Origin: Arcticibacter sp.
GTDB lineage: Bacteria > Bacteroidota > Bacteroidia > 2-12-FULL-35-15
Assembly (NCBI GenBank): GCA_021155045.1
Contig: JAJNQB010000014.1
Span: 85,025-149,024 of the forward strand
DNA length: 64,000 nucleotides
Direction of reading: 5' to 3'
Under the pieces are notes generated by a model. The model was not told the origin of the DNA. It did not search any database and worked only from the letters and a program-made list of their open reading frames with translations. The position numbers and the translations under genes were made by a program. This document shows, piece by piece, positions 7,739 to 17,351 of this stretch (within the stretch, counting starts at the first letter, position 1; each line of letters begins with the position of its first letter).

Positions 7739-9928
7739 TTAAAATCCAAATTTAACAAGATGTTCTGTTATTTCCGCTTTCTCTTTTAGTGCTTCATATA
7801 ATTCATTATCTACTTTATATTGCATTTGAGATGTTTGCATATTTTGTTGTCCTTTAACATCTGTTAATGCTGGAGCATCTGTTGCTGCATCCACATAAAC
7901 TAAAAACACGCCCTCATTACCAATTAATGGTTTGCTCATTGTTTTTGCTTTTAAGACAGAAGCTGCTGCAATTACAGCTGGTTCACTTGATGAGCCAGGA
8001 ATCGAGAAGGTATTAAAATTAATATTGTTTGCTTGTTCAATATTTAATTTTAGCGTGTTGGCTACTGCTTCAATAGTTGCTCCTTTCGAAGCTGTTTCAA
8101 ATTCTTTAATAAACATTTCCGCTTTTTTCTCTTTAATTACTTTAGCTGTAACATCATCTTTTACTTGTTCTAATGGTGCAATTCCTTTTTCTCTTACTTC
8201 AATTAATGAAGCAACCACATATTTATTTCCAATTTCCATTGGAGCAGATACGCTTCCTTTTTTATTTTCATACGCCCATTTTACTAACTCACGAGGAGCT
8301 TCTAATCCAGCAATTGTTTTGTCGTTTTCTTTAACCTTTTCAGCAATACGTTTGTTTAACTTTTGGTCAATTACTGCTTTTTGGAATAATTCGTTTGTAT
8401 TATTTTCTGACGCAAATTTACTTGCTTCAATATTTATAGCAGATAATGTTTTGCTACTTGGTTGTACAACTTTATCAATCGTTACAACTTGTATTTTCTT
8501 TTGAGAACCTTTTGAATCTAGTACTTCTATAATATGGTATCCATAGTTAGATTCCGCAATTACTATATCTCCTTTTTTATTGTCTAAACCTGCATTCTTA
8601 AATGGATCCACAAAACCAGAGTTTGCATTTATCCAACCATAATCTCCGCCCTTACCCATGTAGTATTCTCCAGCTTTTTTGTTTGGAGGCATTGTTTTTC
8701 CACCATCATCAGAGTGCTTATCTACAAATTCAACAAATTTTGCATTGCTCTTTTTTAATAATACAAGTAAACTATCTGCCATTTTTTTAGCATCTGTTTT
8801 TGAACGAGTAACCGCCTCTGATGCACCAGAGCCTTGGTAAGCAATTAATATATGACGCACTTTTGCAGAGTCAGCCGAAGTTTTTGTTTTAACAAGTTTA
8901 GCAACTATGAACGCTGCATTTTCTTTGTAGGGTCCCACTACTGTCCCAACTGAAGCTGCAAACATTGTAGAATCTATTTGTGGTGACAATGTTCCTGTAG
9001 CATGGAAAGTCATATCAAAGTTACGGCTATCCGATTCTGAAACTACAAAAGCGGAATCTTCTTCTGGCTTTTTAGTTCTAAAATCATCAGCAACTTTTTC
9101 CATTTCTTTTTTAGTTTCATCAATATCTTCTTGTGATGGAACTAAATTAAAAGTAATGTATTCAATATCTCTTGATGCTTCTTGTTTGTATTGATATTGA
9201 TGCGCATTGTAATATTTATTCAAATCTTCATCCGTAACTTTTACGGTGCTATCAGCGACTGTTTTGTAGTTTTTAATAACATATTTAATGTTCACAGAAG
9301 AACTTTGAGCAATATAGTTGCGTTTTGCAAAAGCAGCAGGAGTGTACATTCCTTTTTTGAAAACATTCACATATTTTTCATACATACGTACTTGGCGCAT
9401 ATATTTTTCCAACTCTATCCATTGTGTTTCTACTTCATCAGTCATTGATTGAACAAACTGACGAATTTTTGAAGGACTTACTTCTCCCGTTTTTTCATCT
9501 GCAAATTGAGGTGCAATATTTCCTTGTTGGTCACTTAAATTACGAATAATAGAAGGATGTGGATGATCAATCATCATATCTGTTAGTTCGTCACCCGAAA
9601 CAGAAACTCCAAGTTTGGCATATTCTTTCTGCATTACTTGTTCGTTAATGAACTGATTCCAAACTTGAGTTGCAATACCATCCAGTGTTTGTTGGTCTAG
9701 CGTAGTTGTTCCACTATTACGTTTTTGAGTTTCAACAGCTTCATTATACTTTGTAGCAAACATATCATAGTCGATTGACTTTCCAGCAATCTCGCCTATT
9801 GTTTTGTCATTTTTGAAAAAGAAGTTTCCTGATTCAAAGGCACTTTGCAGAATAAATACCAATAATGCAACACCAATGATACCAACAAGTAATCCTGCTC
9901 TGCTTCTAATTTTTTCTAAAACACTCAT
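7739..9928 (-). CDS. Periplasmic chaperone / peptidyl-prolyl cis-trans isomerase, PpiD/SurA-like (parvulin domain)
   Basis: It has an N-terminal TM anchor, a parvulin PPIase motif (VRHILIAYQGSGAS) and chaperone-like flanking domains; length 729 aa. Confidence 0.8.
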   Translation of the reverse strand: MSVLEKIRSRAGLLVGIIGVALLVFILQSAFESGNFFFKNDKTIGEIAGKSIDYDMFATKYNEAVETQKRNSGTTTLDQQTLDGIATQVWNQFINEQVMQKEYAKLGVSVSGDELTDMMIDHPHPSIIRNLSDQQGNIAPQFADEKTGEVSPSKIRQFVQSMTDEVETQWIELEKYMRQVRMYEKYVNVFKKGMYTPAAFAKRNYIAQSSSVNIKYVIKNYKTVADSTVKVTDEDLNKYYNAHQYQYKQEASRDIEYITFNLVPSQEDIDETKKEMEKVADDFRTKKPEEDSAFVVSESDSRNFDMTFHATGTLSPQIDSTMFAASVGTVVGPYKENAAFIVAKLVKTKTSADSAKVRHILIAYQGSGASEAVTRSKTDAKKMADSLLVLLKKSNAKFVEFVDKHSDDGGKTMPPNKKAGEYYMGKGGDYGWINANSGFVDPFKNAGLDNKKGDIVIAESNYGYHIIEVLDSKGSQKKIQVVTIDKVVQPSSKTLSAINIEASKFASENNTNELFQKAVIDQKLNKRIAEKVKENDKTIAGLEAPRELVKWAYENKKGSVSAPMEIGNKYVVASLIEVREKGIAPLEQVKDDVTAKVIKEKKAEMFIKEFETASKGATIEAVANTLKLNIEQANNINFNTFSIPGSSSEPAVIAAASVLKAKTMSKPLIGNEGVFLVYVDAATDAPALTDVKGQQNMQTSQMQYKVDNELYEALKEKAEITEHLVKFGF

Positions 9929-10046
9929 ATTCTTATTTTATTTTGTTTCTGTTATATTTACTAACTTAAGGGTTGCAAATATAAGATTCTTAACCAAATA
10001 AGAAAAAAGAATTTCAGTAAAAAAAGGGAAGTTTTTAGAATTCTAT

Positions 10047-10205
10047 CAAAAAAAGGCTTTTATTAGCTCGAATAGCTCTATTTTATGCCATTTTGGGCAA
10101 TCGCCACAACGGTTTTTTTTCTTAAACATATAACAACTCGAAAGAGAAGCAAAAAGCATAAAAATAGTGATGTAAAAGAATGATTTTTTAAAAAATGCTT
10201 TCATT
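10047..10205 (-). CDS. Candidate small lipoprotein (52 aa) with a CGDCPKWH motif; below the ORF-track size cutoff
   Basis: Hand translation gives MKAFFKKSFFYITIFMLFASLSSCYMFKKKNRCGDCPKWHKIELFELIKAFF*. It has a hydrophobic signal plus an LSSC lipobox-like site. There is no other support. Confidence 0.2.
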
Positions 10206-10301
10206 TAAGGACGTATATTTACGTTTACAAATTTATTAAAAATAATTGGCTTCAGCCATTACTTAAATTATTATTATTTTTAGGCAAATTTAAAATCATC
10301 T

Positions 10302-11042
10302 ATGAAAATCCTTTTCCATTTTGGAAGATATTTTATTTTAATAAAACGAGCTTTCGGCAAACCCGAAAAGTTTTCGGTTTATATAGATAGGATTTTTGAA
10401 GAAATAAACATTTTAGGAGTTGGTTCATTAGGTATTGTTGCTATCATTTCTGTTTTTATGGGAGCAGTTATAACCATTCAATCAGCCTTTAATTTTGAAA
10501 GTCCTCTTATTCCTGTTTATGCTGTTGGTGTTGCTGTTCGTGATTCTATGATACTTGAATTTTCTCCTGCTATTGTAAGTTTAATATTGGCTGGTAAAGT
10601 TGGTTCGAGCATTGCTTCAGAAATTGGAACAATGCGTGTATCCGAACAAATAGATGCGTTGGAAATCATGGGAATTAATTCTTCTGGGTATTTAATATTC
10701 CCGAAAATTGTCGCTTCTGTTTTGTTCAATCCTATTTTGGTTGTTTTTTCTATGTTTTTAGGAATTTTAGGCGGATATGTATTTGGGTTGTTTGCAGGGG
10801 TGGTTACTGATTATGAATATGTATATGGTATTACTTATGAATTTAGACCGTACAATGTTATTTACGCTTTAATCAAATCGGTATTTTTTGCATTTATTAT
10901 AGCTTCCGTTCCTGCATATCATGGCTATTACACAAGTGGTGGTGCGTTAGAAGTAGGTCGCTCAAGCACAAAAGGAGTTGTATATAGTAGTGTGCTTATT
11001 TTATTATTCGATTTAATTTTAACTCAATTACTTTTAGTTTGA
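10302..11042 (+). CDS. mlaE: MlaE-family ABC transporter permease
   Basis: The protein is of MlaE/YrbE length and hydropathy. Its stop overlaps the downstream ATPase start (ATGA at 11039-11042). Confidence 0.8.
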   Translation: MKILFHFGRYFILIKRAFGKPEKFSVYIDRIFEEINILGVGSLGIVAIISVFMGAVITIQSAFNFESPLIPVYAVGVAVRDSMILEFSPAIVSLILAGKVGSSIASEIGTMRVSEQIDALEIMGINSSGYLIFPKIVASVLFNPILVVFSMFLGILGGYVFGLFAGVVTDYEYVYGITYEFRPYNVIYALIKSVFFAFIIASVPAYHGYYTSGGALEVGRSSTKGVVYSSVLILLFDLILTQLLLV

Positions 11043-11794
11043 TTCAAGTAAACAACATATCAAAAGCTTTTTCGGAAAGAACTGTTTTAAACGACATTAC
11101 TTTTAAGTTTGAAACAGGAAAAACCAATATGATTATTGGTGAAAGTGGTTCTGGAAAAACAACGCTACTTAAATGTATGGTTGGCTTGAATGATATTGAT
11201 ACCGGACAAATTTTGTACGATGGAAGAAGTTTTACAGAATTAAATGTAAAAGAAAAACAAGAAGTTAGAAAAGAAATAGGCATGCTTTTTCAGGCTGGAG
11301 CTTTATTTGACTCCAAAACAGTTGAAGAAAATGTTGTTTTTCCTTTGTCGATGTTTACGGACATGAATGAAAGCGAAAAAAAAGACAGAGCCAATTTTTG
11401 TTTGCAACGTGTAAATTTAAAAAATGCGAATAATCTTTATCCATCCGAAATTAGTGGAGGGATGAGAAAACGAGTTGCTATTGCTCGTGCAATATCTGTT
11501 CAACCCAAATATTTGTTTTGCGATGAACCTAATTCTGGCTTAGACCCCAAAACATCCATTGTAATTGATAATCTTATAAAAGAAATTACACAAGAATATA
11601 ACATTACTACCATAGTTATTACGCATGATATGAATTCGGTAATAGAAATTGGCGATAACATTATGTTTATTTATCAAGGCCAAAAATGGTGGGAAGGAAA
11701 CAAGCAAGAAATTTTAAAAACTAAAAATCAGGAAGTCTGTGATTTTGTTTATGCAACAGAATTCATGAAAAACTTAAAAGAAAAATTTCAATAA
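11039..11794 (+). CDS. mlaF: MlaF-family ABC transporter ATP-binding protein
   Basis: Walker A GESGSGKTT, signature SGGMRKRVAIARA and Walker B LFCDEP are all present. Confidence 0.85.
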   Translation: MIQVNNISKAFSERTVLNDITFKFETGKTNMIIGESGSGKTTLLKCMVGLNDIDTGQILYDGRSFTELNVKEKQEVRKEIGMLFQAGALFDSKTVEENVVFPLSMFTDMNESEKKDRANFCLQRVNLKNANNLYPSEISGGMRKRVAIARAISVQPKYLFCDEPNSGLDPKTSIVIDNLIKEITQEYNITTIVITHDMNSVIEIGDNIMFIYQGQKWWEGNKQEILKTKNQEVCDFVYATEFMKNLKEKFQ

Positions 11795-11811
11795 CCCTAA
11801 AATTATAAAAA

Positions 11812-12288
11812 ATGAAACTACCAGAAATTACAAAACTAGTTGAGAATAGCATTACAGCTCTTAAGATAGATGTTGCTGCTAGTCGCGGAGCAAAAGAAGG
11901 ACAATGGTCATTAAAAGTAAAAGACTCTACTGTTTGGATTGATGCTTTTAATTTTCAAACCAATCCTGATAAATATTATTTTCAGGTAATGAGTCCATTG
12001 TGTGCTGTTACTGACAAAAATAAAGAAGCATTTTTTCAAGATTTATTGGAAATAAATTATTCATTGTATGGATGCTCTATTTGCAAAAAAGAAAATTGGA
12101 TGTATGTTTTAGTTTTGCGTGAAGCAGAAAATTTAGATCAATCGGAAGTGGATGCTGCAATTGACCGTGTTGGTTTTTACAGCAGTGATTATTACAACAA
12201 ACTAAGCTTTAAATACAAAGATTGTTGGTTACCAAAACCGCCTAATTCTGGCACTGCTGATGGCGCACCACCAAGTTCGGGACAATAA
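11812..12288 (+). CDS. Hypothetical protein (possibly YbjN-like)
   Basis: It is an ORF with compositional coding signal. The YbjN-like assignment is tentative. Confidence 0.5.
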   Translation: MKLPEITKLVENSITALKIDVAASRGAKEGQWSLKVKDSTVWIDAFNFQTNPDKYYFQVMSPLCAVTDKNKEAFFQDLLEINYSLYGCSICKKENWMYVLVLREAENLDQSEVDAAIDRVGFYSSDYYNKLSFKYKDCWLPKPPNSGTADGAPPSSGQ

Positions 12289-12290
12289 CA

Positions 12291-12641
12291 ATGAAAAAAA
12301 TAGTTGTTTTACTTTTTATAATTTCAGCATCATTTGGTTGTTCGGGTGACGCTGAAATTTCTATTCCAGAAAACGTACTTCCAAAAGAAAAAATGGCTGC
12401 TGTGATGCTAGACATTCATTTAACAGAAGCAAGTATGAATTTGAGTTTAAATCCTCAAACCATAAATATAAATCATAGTGATATTAAAGTTGATATTTTA
12501 AAAAAACATCAACTAGAAAAAAAACAGTTTGATGAAAGCTTTGCTTTTTACACACAAAATCCTGCACTACTTAACGAAGTTTACCAAATTGTGCTTGATG
12601 ATTTAAGCAAAATGCAAGCACAAGTGATGAATGAAAAGTAA
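12291..12641 (+). CDS. Small lipoprotein (DUF4296-like)
   Basis: It has a signal peptide with a lipobox (SASFGCSG). It is tightly linked to the upstream ORF. Confidence 0.5.
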   Translation: MKKIVVLLFIISASFGCSGDAEISIPENVLPKEKMAAVMLDIHLTEASMNLSLNPQTININHSDIKVDILKKHQLEKKQFDESFAFYTQNPALLNEVYQIVLDDLSKMQAQVMNEK

Positions 12642-12642
12642 A

Positions 12643-13659
12643 CTATTTTGCAACATCCTTCAAAAACAACTCACAAGTATCCTTCAATGATTGTTCTACT
12701 GAAATAAATTTATAATCAGGAAATTGTTTTAATATTTTTTTATTGGAGTATGCACTTTTTCGGTTTGCTGAACGTGCTGTTTCTTTTGTAATTAAAGGGT
12801 TTGAACCTACAAGCAAATACCTTAGCTTTTCCATACGCCAAGCAAACGAACTTAAAAATTTATTTGCTTTTATACTTGGTTTGGGGTTTCCAAATTGTTC
12901 ATGAATTAAATCAAAAAAATATTTGTAGGTTTTGTTTTCTGCATTTAATAAAAAACGTTCTGCAAAAATATTGTTTCCCATTAGCCTAACCATAATGTTT
13001 ACAACATCTCTTACATCAACAAAACCATTTGTTCCATCGGTATAAAATTTTATTCCTTTGTATGCCTTAGTAAACATATTACTACTACTCTGCGTCCAAT
13101 TTCCAGCACCAATTATCAATGAAGGATTTACAATTACTACATTCAACCCTTCTTCTGCTCCTCGCCAAACCTCTCTTTCGGCATTATATTTACTTATAGA
13201 ATAATTGGAATTGTCGGGCGAATTTTTCCAAAACATTGTTTCATCATATTCACTTACATTTTCAGGTTTTCCAATAGATGCAATTGAACTAACATGACAA
13301 AATTTTTGAACTTTTTTTTCCAATGCAGCGTTTACCATATTAATTGTTCCCTCCACATTTACTCGCATCATTTCTACTTCATCTTTTGGGTTAAATGATA
13401 CCATTGCTGCACAATGATATATTTCGGTAATATCTTGCATTGCTTCTATTAATGAATGAATATCAAGTATATCAGCATCATACCATTCAATTAATTTTAA
13501 TAATTCATCAGGAGTTACAGAATAATAAGAAAAAACTTTTTTTACGTTGGAGATGTTACTGCTTGCCCGCTTCAAAACACGAATCCTTTTTCCCTGCTTT
13601 GCTAAATCATATAACAAATGCGAACCCACTAAACCTGTACCACCAGTAACTAAAATCAT
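12643..13659 (-). CDS. NAD-dependent epimerase/dehydratase family protein
   Basis: Rossmann motif MILVTGGTGLVGSHL at the N-terminus, and a YxxxK region. Confidence 0.8.
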   Translation of the reverse strand: MILVTGGTGLVGSHLLYDLAKQGKRIRVLKRASSNISNVKKVFSYYSVTPDELLKLIEWYDADILDIHSLIEAMQDITEIYHCAAMVSFNPKDEVEMMRVNVEGTINMVNAALEKKVQKFCHVSSIASIGKPENVSEYDETMFWKNSPDNSNYSISKYNAEREVWRGAEEGLNVVIVNPSLIIGAGNWTQSSSNMFTKAYKGIKFYTDGTNGFVDVRDVVNIMVRLMGNNIFAERFLLNAENKTYKYFFDLIHEQFGNPKPSIKANKFLSSFAWRMEKLRYLLVGSNPLITKETARSANRKSAYSNKKILKQFPDYKFISVEQSLKDTCELFLKDVAK

Positions 13660-13726
13660 TATTGTTTTTTTGTGTTACGAAGTTATACATTTATTTATCT
13701 TTGCTTACCAAAATATTTAAACGAAT

Positions 13727-15007
13727 ATGATTAAAAACTTTGTTGAAGAACTAAAATGGAGAGGCATGCTTCATGACATAGTGCCTGAAACAGAAGCTTT
13801 GCTGAACAAAGAAATGGTTATTGGCTATATTGGCTTTGATCCTACTTCTGATTCATTGGGTGTTGGCAACATGGTTCAAATTATGACCTTATTACATTTT
13901 CAAAAAGCAGGACATAAACCTATTGCTTTGGTTGGTGGCGCCACAGGAATGGTTGGTGATCCATCTGGAAAATCAGCAGAAAGAAATTTATTAGATGAAG
14001 CAACACTAAATCATAATTTATCTTGCCAAAAAAAACAGTTAGAAAAGTTTTTAGATTTTAATTGTGGTGCAAACAGTGCCGAAATTGTAAATAATTACGA
14101 TTGGTTTAAAGGAATTAGTTTTTTAGAATTTATACGCGATGTTGGAAAACACATTTCTGTAAATTATATGTTGGCAAAGGATTCCGTAAAAAATCGATTG
14201 GAAAACGGAATGAGCTTTACAGAATTTAGCTACCAACTGGTACAAGGTTATGATTTTTATTATTTATGGAAAAACAAAGGCGTTAAGCTTCAAATGGGCG
14301 GTTCCGACCAATGGGGAAATATTGTTACCGGAACAGAATTGATTCGAAGGAAAGTTAGTGGCGAAGCGTATGCTTTAACTACTCCATTAATAAAAAAAGC
14401 TGATGGTACAAAATTTGGAAAATCAGAAAGTGGTAATGTTTGGTTGGATAAAAATAAAACTTCTGCTTATAAATTTTATCAATTTTGGTTAAATGCAAGT
14501 GATGAAGACGCAAAAACATACATCCGCATTTTTACTTTATTTACTAAAGATGAAATAGAAGCTTTGGAAACAGAACATGAAAAAGCTAAACATTTGCGTG
14601 TTTTACAAAAAACATTAGCAAAAGATATTACCACCCGAGTTCACTCGGAGGCTGATTATAATTCAGCGGTGGAAGCATCTGAAATTTTATTCAACGGAAC
14701 AATTGATGATTTAGGAAAACTAAATGAAGATTTGTTTTTGGATATTTTTGATGGTGTTCCTCAATTTGAAATGTCAAAATCAGAATTAGAAAATACAATT
14801 TCTATTATTGACTTATTAGCAGACAAAACAAAAATTTTCCCATCAAAAGGTGAAGCACGCAAGATGTTGCAAGGTGGTGGCGTTGCTTTAAATAAAAGCA
14901 AAATAGAAGATTTAGAATTTAAAGTAACAAACCAAAATCTGATAAATCAAAAATACATTTTAATCCAAAAAGGAAAGAAAAATTATTTTTTGGTGATTAT
15001 AAAGTAA
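13727..15007 (+). CDS. tyrS: Tyrosine--tRNA ligase
   Basis: The class I HIGH-region context ([13 protein letters not shown]) and KMSKS-like KFGKS are present. A C-terminal S4 domain is visible. Confidence 0.95.
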   Translation: MIKNFVEELKWRGMLHDIVPETEALLNKEMVIGYIGFDPTSDSLGVGNMVQIMTLLHFQKAGHKPIALVGGATGMVGDPSGKSAERNLLDEATLNHNLSCQKKQLEKFLDFNCGANSAEIVNNYDWFKGISFLEFIRDVGKHISVNYMLAKDSVKNRLENGMSFTEFSYQLVQGYDFYYLWKNKGVKLQMGGSDQWGNIVTGTELIRRKVSGEAYALTTPLIKKADGTKFGKSESGNVWLDKNKTSAYKFYQFWLNASDEDAKTYIRIFTLFTKDEIEALETEHEKAKHLRVLQKTLAKDITTRVHSEADYNSAVEASEILFNGTIDDLGKLNEDLFLDIFDGVPQFEMSKSELENTISIIDLLADKTKIFPSKGEARKMLQGGGVALNKSKIEDLEFKVTNQNLINQKYILIQKGKKNYFLVIIK

Positions 15008-15008
15008 A

Positions 15009-15314
15009 TTACTTCTTCTTTAATTTTTTCTTTGGATTTTGTCTTGTATCCCAAAAACTAATGAGTTCAACTCGTTTAGAGTTTTCAACTATCTGATACA
15101 AAAGTAAATTATGCTTCGTAATCAATGCTTCATGTACATTTACTTTTGAGGAGCCACGAAATAAAAAAGGATTTTTTTCGAGTAAAAAAACTGTTTGCTC
15201 TACATCGTCAATAAATCTCGTTACTTCTTTTTTTGACCAATGTTTGCTAAGGTAATCTATAATGTTATCAAAAGTATTAACGGCTTCAGGAGCCCAAATT
15301 ACTTTGTACGCCAT
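15009..15314 (-). CDS. Type II toxin-antitoxin system toxin, RelE/ParE family
   Basis: It is ~100 aa, has a ParE-like fold signature (LLYQIVENSKRVELISFW) and overlaps an upstream small partner gene. Confidence 0.7.
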   Translation of the reverse strand: MAYKVIWAPEAVNTFDNIIDYLSKHWSKKEVTRFIDDVEQTVFLLEKNPFLFRGSSKVNVHEALITKHNLLLYQIVENSKRVELISFWDTRQNPKKKLKKK

Positions 15315-15532
15315 TTCTTATATTTTTTCATCACTTCTTTGTGGGCAATACCTTCTCCATTTACTAATTGAATTTTTGCTTTTTCAACAGAGGACTTTTG
15401 TTCTTCAGTTAATTCATCCCACAAATCCGTTTTATGGGCTTTTAACAATGCTTTTATCTGCTTTAAGATAACTTCACTATTTATTTCCAAAAGTTGTTTA
15501 GTTAATTCTATTTTTTGAGCATGAAGATTCAT
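15299..15532 (-). CDS. Putative antitoxin / addiction-module component
   Basis: It is a 77-aa helical protein that overlaps the toxin gene by 16 bp. The antitoxin-first order is typical. Confidence 0.6.
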   Translation of the reverse strand: MNLHAQKIELTKQLLEINSEVILKQIKALLKAHKTDLWDELTEEQKSSVEKAKIQLVNGEGIAHKEVMKKYKKWRTK

Positions 15533-15551
15533 AATACAAATTTAAGAATTT

Positions 15552-16844
15552 TTATTTGAACGCAATCTCCACAGCTTCCGCAAAAGCATTTGCTGTTTTA
15601 GTTAAATCTTCTTTTGTATGTGCTTCACAAACAAAGCCTACTTCGTAACCAGAAGGACCTAAATAAATTCCACGTTCCAATAATTCTTTGTGTAATACTC
15701 TAAAATATTTCATGGAGTCTGCGTCAATTTCTTCAGCAGAACGAATTGTATCTTTATCTGTAAAAGCAATCCAGAATATGGAACCAACAGAAAAAATTTG
15801 GAGATTTTCGATTTTCGATTTTAGACTCCCAAAAATTGTGTCAATCAAAAATTGTGTTTTCTTTTCTAAGTCTTGATAAAAATTTGGTTTTAAACATTCT
15901 GTTAATTGCGCTATTCCTGCTGCCATTGCCACAGGATTGCCGCTTAATGTTCCAGCTTGATAAACATTTCCTTCTGGAGAAATATTGCTCATAATTTCTT
16001 CGCTTGCCCCATACATTCCAACTGGCAATCCTCCTCCAATAATTTTTCCGTAAGTAATAATATCGGGTTGTATTTTATAATAACCAGCAGCACCTTCAAA
16101 ACCTATTCTAAAACCATTAATTACTTCATCAAAAATTAAAAGTGTTTTGTTTTCAGTACAAATGTCACGTAAAAACTGTAAGTATTCTTTTCGTTGTAAT
16201 AATAAACCATTGTTTGCTGGAATAGGCTCAATAATTACACAAGCAATTTGATTTTTAAATTCAACAAATGCTTGCTTCACTGCTTCTTCATTATTTAATG
16301 AAACAACAATTGTTTCGTTCACAAAACTTTCGGGAACACCTGCAGATGAAGTATTACCAAATGTTACTAATCCAGAACCTGCTTTCACCAGTAGCGAATC
16401 GCTATGGCCATGGTAACAGCCTTCAAACTTTAAAATTTTATTCCTTTTTGTATATCCTCTCGCCAAACGAATTGCACTCATCACTGCTTCTGTTCCAGAG
16501 CTAACAAATCGTATTTTCTGAATATATTTATTATTATTTAATATCAATTCGGCCAACTCATTTTCTAAAGCTGTGGGTGCGCCAAATGAACTTCCATTTT
16601 CAACTGTTTTTTTAATGGCATCTACTACTTTTGAGTTTGCGTGACCCAAAATCAAAGGTCCCCAAGAACCGCAGTAATCAATAAATTCATTCCCATCTGC
16701 ATCCCAAATATGTGATCCTTTTCCTTTTTGAATAAACAATGGTGTGCCTCCAACCGAACGAAATGCGCGTACAGGACTGTTTACACCACCCGGAAAATAT
16801 TTTTTAGCTTTTTCAAATAATGCTTCTGATTTTTCTCTCTTCAT
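15552..16844 (-). CDS. hemL: Glutamate-1-semialdehyde 2,1-aminomutase
   Basis: The protein is a class III aminotransferase (FPGGVNSPVRAF; PLP Lys region). The ORF track extends to 16979, but the MKREKSEALFEKAKKYFPGG start at 16844 fits the family and avoids overlapping the GxxExxY cassette. Confidence 0.9.
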   Translation of the reverse strand: MKREKSEALFEKAKKYFPGGVNSPVRAFRSVGGTPLFIQKGKGSHIWDADGNEFIDYCGSWGPLILGHANSKVVDAIKKTVENGSSFGAPTALENELAELILNNNKYIQKIRFVSSGTEAVMSAIRLARGYTKRNKILKFEGCYHGHSDSLLVKAGSGLVTFGNTSSAGVPESFVNETIVVSLNNEEAVKQAFVEFKNQIACVIIEPIPANNGLLLQRKEYLQFLRDICTENKTLLIFDEVINGFRIGFEGAAGYYKIQPDIITYGKIIGGGLPVGMYGASEEIMSNISPEGNVYQAGTLSGNPVAMAAGIAQLTECLKPNFYQDLEKKTQFLIDTIFGSLKSKIENLQIFSVGSIFWIAFTDKDTIRSAEEIDADSMKYFRVLHKELLERGIYLGPSGYEVGFVCEAHTKEDLTKTANAFAEAVEIAFK

Positions 16845-16888
16845 AATTGAATAAATTATGCTACAAATATATATCTTTGGAATGGATT

Positions 16889-17342
16889 TCTCGCAGAGCC
16901 GCTGAGTACGCTGAGAAAATTTATTATGAAAGAAAATGATATTACTGGTGCACTGATTGATATCTTTATAAAGGTACATTCTCAGCTAGGACCAGGCTTG
17001 TTTGAGAGTGTTTACGAAGAAGTAATTTGCTATGAATTAAAGAAAAGAAGCTTAACATATAAAAGACAGCAAGAAATTGGAGTGTTTTATGATGATATAA
17101 AAATGGATATTGGATTTAGAGCCGACCTAATTATAGAAAACAAAGTGATTGTGGAAATTAAATCAGTTGAACTTTTAGCACCTGTTCATCACAAACAACT
17201 ATTAACCTACTTAAAATTAACAAACAAGAAAGTAGGATTGCTAGTTAACTTTAACGTGAGTTTGGTTAAAGATGGAATCGTAAGAATTGTAAATAATTAT
17301 TAATAAAAAACAGAGCTCAGCGAACTCAGCGGCTCTGCGAGA
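16889..17342. mobile_element. TIR-bounded GxxExxY cassette, copy 2 (MITE-like): perfect 19-bp terminal inverted repeats TCTCGCAGAGCCGCTGAGT / ACTCAGCGGCTCTGCGAGA
   Basis: The inverted repeats were read directly (±2 bp). The element is ~454 bp and carries one gene. Confidence 0.45.
16926..17303 (+). CDS. GxxExxY family protein (PD-(D/E)xK nuclease superfamily), copy 2
   Basis: Signature GPGLFESVYEEVICYELKKRS ... DLIIENKVIVEIKS ... HHKQLLTYL. Confidence 0.8.
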   Translation: MKENDITGALIDIFIKVHSQLGPGLFESVYEEVICYELKKRSLTYKRQQEIGVFYDDIKMDIGFRADLIIENKVIVEIKSVELLAPVHHKQLLTYLKLTNKKVGLLVNFNVSLVKDGIVRIVNNY

Positions 17343-17351
17343 AACACAAGT

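Noticed and set aside
7932-8504. 190-aa + strand ORF inside the ppiD-like gene
   Set aside because: It lies wholly within a well-supported minus-strand gene. It is Ala/Ser-rich mirror-frame translation.
9929-10301. Bacteroidota-type promoter motifs (TAnnTTTG) in the ppiD/mlaE divergent region
   Set aside because: TATATTTG is present on the minus strand, but the -33 TTTG spacing is far from consensus. The evidence is too weak to call.
16845-16979. N-terminal 45-aa extension of the hemL ORF (MYLYKDINQC...)
   Set aside because: The extension runs into the GxxExxY cassette and its left TIR. The canonical GSA-aminomutase N-terminus begins at the internal Met.
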